A stretch of DNA of 63,774 nt, counting the filler, from Chthonomonadaceae bacterium (lineage in GTDB: Bacteria > Armatimonadota > Chthonomonadetes > Chthonomonadales > Chthonomonadaceae), in assembly GCA_035650735.1 (NCBI GenBank). It is 5 parts of 5 records of this genome, joined end to end, with 100 filler letters (N's around TTAATTAATTAA, not from the genome) between each part and the next. Parts side by side here need not be neighbours in the genome. Positions count along the whole stretch, not along the records: positions 48,448 to 61,254 come from DASRGZ010000074.1; positions 61,355 to 63,774 come from DASRGZ010000196.1; 3 more parts are not named here. The stretch is one strand, 5' to 3'. Below the pieces are notes generated by a model that saw only the letters and a program-made list of their open reading frames with translations, made no database searches and was not told the origin of the DNA. The position numbers and the translations under genes are program-made. This document shows positions 58,024 to 63,774 of this stretch, piece after piece (the first letter of the stretch is position 1; every line of letters begins with the position of its first letter).

Positions 58024-58758
58024 ATGGCCCTGGAATGTTTGTTCGACCGGACTGGAGACACGCCTACGCCGGAGGCGCTCTATACGCGCCTGAATTTTCC
58101 GGCGCCGCCTGCGGATCGGCCCTATGTCTATATCAATATGGTCTCCACTGTTGATGGAAAGATCGTGGTTGGGAAGCCGGGCGGCTCGGCGAAGGGGGTC
58201 GGCGGGCCGACCGATCAACTCCTGTTTCGGCGGCTGCAGCGAACCTGCGATGCCGTTTTGGTCGGCAGCGCCACCCTGCGCGCCAGCCAGGTCCTCTACC
58301 CGCCGGAACTCCCGCGCTACGTGGTGACACGCAGCGGCGACGTGCCGCTCGGCAACCGCTTTTTCACGGACGCGCCCAACCGCGCCTCTGTGCTGGCGCC
58401 GGAGGAGCTGCCGGAGGCGGCGAAGGCGCGGCTTTCGGCGGCGGCGCGCCTGATCCTGATTGGGCGCGGCAGCGTGGATCTGGTCGCCGCGCTGCGCCTA
58501 TTGCGGCAGGAGGGGATCGCGCGGCTGCTCTGCGAGGGCGGCGCCACCTTGAACGAGGAACTGCTGCGTGCGGGCCTGGCCGACGAGCTGTTCCTCACCC
58601 TTGCGCCCAAGATCAAAGGCGGCGCGCACCTGCCCACGATTGTGGCCGGGCAGGGGTTCCCGCCCGGCCACTTCCTGCCGCTGACTCTGCTTTCGCTCTA
58701 TCGGGACGGCGACGAGCTCTACCTGCGCTACCGCATCGGGCAGGAGGCCGCGCTTTGA
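58024..58758 (+). CDS. RibD C-terminal-like (pyrimidine reductase/DHFR-like) protein
   Basis: RPYVYINMVSTVDG, DAVLVGSATLR, LLCEGGATL, DELFLTLAP. Confidence 0.9.
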   Translation: MALECLFDRTGDTPTPEALYTRLNFPAPPADRPYVYINMVSTVDGKIVVGKPGGSAKGVGGPTDQLLFRRLQRTCDAVLVGSATLRASQVLYPPELPRYVVTRSGDVPLGNRFFTDAPNRASVLAPEELPEAAKARLSAAARLILIGRGSVDLVAALRLLRQEGIARLLCEGGATLNEELLRAGLADELFLTLAPKIKGGAHLPTIVAGQGFPPGHFLPLTLLSLYRDGDELYLRYRIGQEAAL

Positions 58759-58772
58759 TCTCCAAACCCTCG

Positions 58773-60614
58773 CTACGGGCTGACCGTCAGGGTGCCGTTC
58801 TGGGTGATCGGGTTATTATCGGCGTCCCCGGCAAACTCCACCGTGATAGTATGCGCGCCGGTAGTGATGTCGGCAGGCAGGGTGTAATCCAGGCGCGCGA
58901 CGCCATCCTCATTGCTGGGGGCGTAGTGGCCGGTCGTGGCGGTGCCGAGGGTCGTGCCGTCCAGCTTGAAGGTCAGCGTTTCGCCGTTGAGCTTGACGGA
59001 GTGATCGATGGCGCGGCTGAGCACGCCGAAGAAAGCCACTTTCTGACCGGGATGGCCGGAGCGCGGGGTGACGTAGAGGTAGGTATCCGCCTTGCCCACC
59101 GTCAGCGTGCCCACGCCTATGCCCGGGTTGGTGTTCGCATCGCCGGCAAACTCGACGGTGATGGGATAGGTGCCGGCAGCCATCGTAGCCGGCAGGGTCG
59201 AGTCCAGCCGGGCTGCCCCATCCTCATTGCTGTCGCTTAAGTGGCCGGTCGTGGCCGTGCCGACAACCTGGCCGTTGAGCTTGAAGGTCAGCGTCTGGCC
59301 GTTGAGGCGCGTGCCGTCGGTGCTGCGGCTGAGGACGGCATAGAAGGCGATGGGATAGCCGGGCAGGCCGTGACGCGGGGTAACGTAGACGTGAGCGGCG
59401 GGCAGCGCGATAGCCAGCGCGAAACCCGCGCCGCTGGCAATGGCCGTGACGCCGTGAATGCCAGGCACCTGAGTCGGCGTGGCGCTGAAGTTGGTGCTGA
59501 ACGCGCCATTGCCCAGCTGGCCGAAGTCGTTGGGGCCCCAGGCCCAGACGGTGCCATTGGAGGTGAGCGCCAGAATCGGGTTGGGTGCCGCGATAGCTAC
59601 CACGTTCGCCAGGCCGGGCACCTGCGTCGGATTGAGGACGAACTGGCCTTTGGTCGTCTCCCCCAACTCCCCCTCTCCGTTATAGCCCCAGCCCCAGACG
59701 GTGCCGTCCGACTTCAGGGCCAGAGTAAACTGTCCACCCGGCGCGACGGCCACCACATCCGTGAGAGGGTCGGTGCCGTTGGGACCCTTCACCTGCGTGG
59801 GCGCGCTCACGCCCCGGGGAGCACTCGTGGAGCGGTAGCCAAGCCCAAGCTGCCCATAGTAGTTATCGCCCCAGGTCCAGAGGGTGCCGTCGGTTTTGAT
59901 GGCCAGGCTGTAATTGATGCCCGCCGCGATGGCCTTCACGTTAGACAGGCCGCCGACCTGGATGGGGCTGGAAAGAGGGCCGGTCTGGGTGGCGCCAAGC
60001 TCGTAATAGGTGTTATCGCCCCAGCTCCAGACGGTGCCATCATCTTTGAGCGCCAGGCTGTGTAGCAGTCCCGCGGCAACCGCCTTCACGTCCGTCAGGT
60101 TTTGCACTTGCACGGGGGAGGGGATGGCGCGGCGGAAGGTAGTGGTGACCGTGCCATTGCCGAGTTGCCCAAAGCCGTTGGCGCCCCAGGCCCAAACGGT
60201 GCCGTCCGCTTTGACCGCCAGATTGTGCGCGGAGGCGGCAATCGCCACCACGTCGGTCAGGCCAGGAACCTGTATGCGTACCGCCGGGGAGTGGTCGTAG
60301 CCGCCCGTGCCGATCCCGCCAAACAGGTTCTCGCCCCAGGCCCAGACGGTGCCATCGGAGGTGAGCGCCAGAGCGGTGGTTCCGGCGGCCACAGCAGTGA
60401 CATCCTCCAGAGCGAGCGCCTGCCCGGCGGCGGAAATGCCGTAGGGAGCGGCTGTAGTGTAGACGTTGCGCCCTAACTCCCCGAAGTTATTCCGACCCCA
60501 AGCCCAGGCGGTCAACGCCACGCTCTCCTGCGCGCGGACAGGCCGCGCTGCCAGGCCAAGCAGGGGCATTAGCAGCAGAGCAAGCAGAATCCCAGATACA
60601 CGTTTCAGTCTCAT
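58773..60614 (-). CDS. Secreted RCC1-repeat beta-propeller with two tandem Ig-like domains
   Basis: Repeated DGTVWAWG.N.FGQLG units; duplicated YVTPR.G.PG...LTFKL.G..GTATTGH..SNEDG.ARLD...ITVEFAGDA. Confidence 0.9.
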   Translation of the reverse strand: MRLKRVSGILLALLLMPLLGLAARPVRAQESVALTAWAWGRNNFGELGRNVYTTAAPYGISAAGQALALEDVTAVAAGTTALALTSDGTVWAWGENLFGGIGTGGYDHSPAVRIQVPGLTDVVAIAASAHNLAVKADGTVWAWGANGFGQLGNGTVTTTFRRAIPSPVQVQNLTDVKAVAAGLLHSLALKDDGTVWSWGDNTYYELGATQTGPLSSPIQVGGLSNVKAIAAGINYSLAIKTDGTLWTWGDNYYGQLGLGYRSTSAPRGVSAPTQVKGPNGTDPLTDVVAVAPGGQFTLALKSDGTVWGWGYNGEGELGETTKGQFVLNPTQVPGLANVVAIAAPNPILALTSNGTVWAWGPNDFGQLGNGAFSTNFSATPTQVPGIHGVTAIASGAGFALAIALPAAHVYVTPRHGLPGYPIAFYAVLSRSTDGTRLNGQTLTFKLNGQVVGTATTGHLSDSNEDGAARLDSTLPATMAAGTYPITVEFAGDANTNPGIGVGTLTVGKADTYLYVTPRSGHPGQKVAFFGVLSRAIDHSVKLNGETLTFKLDGTTLGTATTGHYAPSNEDGVARLDYTLPADITTGAHTITVEFAGDADNNPITQNGTLTVSP

Positions 60615-60855
60615 TGCTTGTTTCCTTTCTCTATCCAGGATGGGGCCGGAAAATGAAAAAGTGGGGTGCCAGCGGCGAGGTAGTGTCCCTCTACAGAGTT
60701 GATAAGGTCATCGGCGACGAAGTATCAACTCTCTATGGGTACACTACCAGCGGCGATATTGGCAGGCATATTGTACGCCCGACTCCTTATTCGCCGCTTC
60801 CCGGTAAATACCCTGTTATCGCCGCCGAGAAATCTTCTACATATGAGAGAGGAGA

Positions 60856-61016
60856 GACCTCATCCCCAACCCCTCTCCTTGAGAAGCAGAGGGGCAACGG
60901 AGAAGTCAGGGTTTGCCTCTGCCTGCGTACATAGCTTTTTCCGCCCACGCAGGTAGGCGACGGGCGCTTTGCGCCCCACAGCGGCAGGCTAAACCCTGCC
61001 GGACGGAGGTTAGGTC
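60856..61016. repeat. Composite REP-like element
   Basis: Ends gacctcatcccc / gaggttaggtc; shared internal modules. Confidence 0.75.
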
Positions 61017-61097
61017 AAACACGAGAGGGAGGGCTGTAAGAGAGGGCAGGGGCCAGAAAGGAAGGCCCCTGCCAGGGGGTAAGGGAATGCGGGAGGA

Positions 61098-61254
61098 TTA
61101 GCCCGCAGGTTTGAGCTCGATGGCCGAGACCTTGGCGCCTCCTTTGACGTTCTGGAAGGAGATGGTCACCTGGCCATTGCTGACGGTTACAGGGAAGCTC
61201 TCGATGAGGGCTTTGTTGGCTCCTCCTGCCGTTGCCAGGATGTCAAAGTTAGTC
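61098..61254 (-). CDS. C-terminus of a malectin-domain protein (partial)
   Basis: TNFDILATAGGANKALIESFPVTVSNGQVTISFQNVKGGAKVSAIELKPAG-stop; translated by eye. Confidence 0.75.
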
Positions 61255-61354
61255 NNNNNNNNNNNNNNNNNNNNNNNNNNNNNNNNNNNNNNNNNNNNTT
61301 AATTAATTAANNNNNNNNNNNNNNNNNNNNNNNNNNNNNNNNNNNNNNNNNNNN

Positions 61355-61715
61355 CGGGATCGGCCAGCAGGCGGTCCTCGGGAGTACATAAACTGCCCAG
61401 CACTTGCTCGGCAAAAGTCGGTCGGAACCAGCAGCAGAACGATTCGACCGTCTCTCGGCTATGTATCGAGCTGGCGTAGCGCTGCCCCTGGTTGAGCACC
61501 AGGTAAGAAGAGTTATCTACGGCAAATCGCCCGCCTTCGACCTCATAGATCTCCTCGCCCTGGAAACAGCACTTAATGCCTAGCGGCCCGTCGTGCTCAG
61601 CAAAGGTAACATTGGAGGAGGTAAGCTGGCTGACAAAGCTATATTGAACCGCCGACGACATCGGACAGCCATTATAGGACAACGAGCATTTCTCGGCAAA
61701 GTGAAGCTTAAGCAT
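61355..61715 (-). CDS. Probable AraC-family regulator, N-terminal cupin-like part (partial)
   Basis: GPLGIKCCFQGEEIYEVEGGRFAV...YLVLNQGQRYAS..SFCCWF; runs into the gap. Confidence 0.6.
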
Positions 61716-62014
61716 AAATTCCGGTAAATCCCGTGAAATTGGAGCTATCCATCTGAACGGCAGCGCTGCACGTGAACAGGGTGTAAGATGAAACGCTGGA
61801 GAGGCAGCCGCGCTTGATGGCTGGGCTACCGGTCAAGATAGCATCCCAGGTATAGTGTAGCCGACAACTTCGCAAGATACTTCTCGATTCTTGCTAAGTG
61901 CGCCTAACAAAACCGCGGCGCCAGCAGGCGAGAAAGCAGGATGGGTGCCAGACATGGGATCGAGTCGAAGGACCGCGTAGGGCGCCACCGCTTTCCCGGA
62001 AAGCGGTGAACGCT

Positions 62015-62455
62015 TCAGAAGCGTTCCTCGGCCAGCGCGACGATGATGCCCGCAGGGCCTCGCAGGTAGCAGAGCCTGTATTTGTCCTCGTACTGGACCA
62101 CCTCGCCAATGAGTTCGGCGCCGTGGGCGCGCATGCGGGCTACGGTGTCGTCGATGTCCTCGACTGCGAACATAATCTGTCGGAGGCCCAGCGTGTTCGG
62201 CGGGGCGATCGCCGGCTCGGCCCCGATCCGCTCCGGGTTGCGGAACTTGGTCAGCTCAACCCGCCCATGACCGTCCGGGGTTCGCATCATAGCGATGTCG
62301 GCCTGGACGCCTGCGAGCCCGCAGAGACGGTCCACCCCAGGGCCCTCGACCGGCATCTGACCTTCCAGCGCCATGCCGAGGGTGGTGAAGAAGGCGATGG
62401 CGGAGGCGAGGTCGTCGACGACGACGCTGACGTGGTCCATTCTCTTGATCGTCAT
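62015..62455 (-). CDS. VOC/glyoxalase family protein
   Basis: MDHVSVVVDDL, VELTKF, IMFAVEDID, LCYLRGPAGIIVALAE. Confidence 0.92.
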   Translation of the reverse strand: MTIKRMDHVSVVVDDLASAIAFFTTLGMALEGQMPVEGPGVDRLCGLAGVQADIAMMRTPDGHGRVELTKFRNPERIGAEPAIAPPNTLGLRQIMFAVEDIDDTVARMRAHGAELIGEVVQYEDKYRLCYLRGPAGIIVALAEERF

Positions 62456-62573
62456 GTCACTGCGTCCTTGTCCGCTTTTGCGGCGGTTTTGTTAGGGGTA
62501 TTAAGTTGGCAGCGTGCGCGCTTGGATGCGTCGTTGCCTAAGAAATCAGGGAAGCTTCCGCAGGAGCGGCGCT

Positions 62574-63362
62574 CTAGCCGTACGCCCCAAGGCCGTGCAG
62601 GCCGAGAAGACGCTTGCGGCGCGGGTTGGCGCGTTCCAATATCTCCTCCGGCATACGGTAGTTGATAAATGGGTAGAACCGCTGCGCGATGAACCGGCGC
62701 CCATAGGGAGCTTGCTGCACCCAGCGCACGCGATCCGAGGTCCGATTGGGCGCTCCCCGATGCCAGGTCTGGTCGTGCCACATCACGGCGGTGCCTGCCG
62801 GACCGACCGCGCTGAAGACGCCGCGCCCTTCGTAAGTTGGGTTGCCGTCGGCGTCCCTATCCTCCGCGTCCGGCTGCCGCCCGCTGCGGTGGCTGCCGGG
62901 AATAAACTGCGTCGGGCCGAGCTCCTCGTCCACGTCGCAGAGGTAGTAGTTGAAATTGAGGACGAAGCAGGGCATGGGAATGCGCGGATCGAGCGGCACG
63001 CCTTTGGGACGCGGGAAGCGGATCGTCTCATCGGCGTGCCAGGCCGAGATGCCGTCGCCCGGCCCCGTCCTGAGCGCGCTGTTGGCGATGAGGTGGCAGT
63101 CCGCGCCGAGAATGGCCTCCACGACATCAATCACGCCGGGATGATCGATCAGCGCCTCGAAATCCGGGCCGCGCTCAAACATCTTCGGGCGCCATATCCT
63201 GGCCAGCGTCTCGCCATAGAGCTCGGCCTCCGCGCAGGGTTCGGCAAAGGCGCGCTCCACGCCGGCCCGCAGCCGCGCGACTTCCGCCTTCGACAAGACT
63301 CCGGGCAGCACGAGGAACCCGTCCCGGTGGAACTGCTCTACTTTCGCCTCTAACTCGGTCAT
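62574..63362 (-). CDS. PhyH-family dioxygenase
   Basis: FHRDGFLVLPGVL, WHAD, IPGSH, TWHRG..N...R. Confidence 0.92.
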   Translation of the reverse strand: MTELEAKVEQFHRDGFLVLPGVLSKAEVARLRAGVERAFAEPCAEAELYGETLARIWRPKMFERGPDFEALIDHPGVIDVVEAILGADCHLIANSALRTGPGDGISAWHADETIRFPRPKGVPLDPRIPMPCFVLNFNYYLCDVDEELGPTQFIPGSHRSGRQPDAEDRDADGNPTYEGRGVFSAVGPAGTAVMWHDQTWHRGAPNRTSDRVRWVQQAPYGRRFIAQRFYPFINYRMPEEILERANPRRKRLLGLHGLGAYG

Positions 63363-63500
63363 AGATCTATTCCCCTTCCTGATCAACTATAGAGGATGCA
63401 GAATTACCCGTATTTCCTGTTCATCGTTCGCGCAGACAGGCCGCATCCCCTCCCCTAAAACCGGCAAAGACGGGGTTCTTCCGTCTTCATTTCGGGCGGC

Positions 63501-63774
63501 TCAGGACCTTTGATTGTCTTTAGGCCCGCGCAGGACAAAGCCTACCTGGTTCTCCAGCCGCAAGCCCAGCCAGGGCGAACCGGCAAAGCCCCGGTCGAAG
63601 ATATGCCGCAGGCGCGCTCCCCAGGCGGCCACGCACTCCCGGAGCAAGCCCTCCTGGACGGTGCGGGCCTTTGTAGCCTGCGGGCCCCTTGTGCTAAACC
63701 AGCGCATGCAGGCCCCATGCGGCCTACCCTGCCTGCCACAGACCAGCAGGCACAGCCAGCGCAAGCCGGGCACG
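63501..63774 (-). mobile_element. Degraded IS4-like DDE transposase fragment
   Basis: LRHIFDRGFAGSPWL...FVLR, resembling the DDE second-Asp region; truncated by a stop. Confidence 0.55.

Noticed and set aside
61716..61844. In-frame upstream extension of the AraC-like ORF with an early TGA
   Set aside because: No Cys-motif context or obvious SECIS; no support for selenocysteine

Overview
GC-rich bacterial draft-genome window. It is probably Armatimonadota, inferred from an MRRNAFTLIELLVVIAIIAILAAILFPVFA prepilin start, many PhyH paralogues and a fused binding-protein/permease gene. It consists of five contigs joined by artificial N/TTAATTAATTAA spacers (18269-18368, 33916-34015, 48348-48447, 61255-61354), so gene order across these gaps is not evidence. 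Core content: ECF sigma/anti-sigma/HtrA operon, tRNA-Leu(CAA), tRNA-Gln(CTG), YabN/MazG, a flhG-fliA flagellar tail operon, PIN/TRAM-ispDF, WYL regulator, glycerate kinase, aspS, GH116, two ABC systems, four PhyH-like dioxygenases, a divergent RecJ paralogue, a second ECF sigma and several IS remnants. The standout signal is a gene truncated by the ORF track: a DCC/DUF393 thiol-disulfide oxidoreductase (55124-55498) whose DxxCxxC motif has both Cys codons replaced by in-frame TGA (DGD-U-GL-U). A SECIS-like hairpin starts 11 nt after the second TGA, and the gene overlaps a DUF2071 gene by ATGA. It is a candidate double-selenocysteine (UxxU) bacterial selenoprotein. Also present: two recently active MITE families with target-site duplications, mosaic REP-like elements (an inverted pair brackets aspS) and three candidate structured non-coding RNAs.
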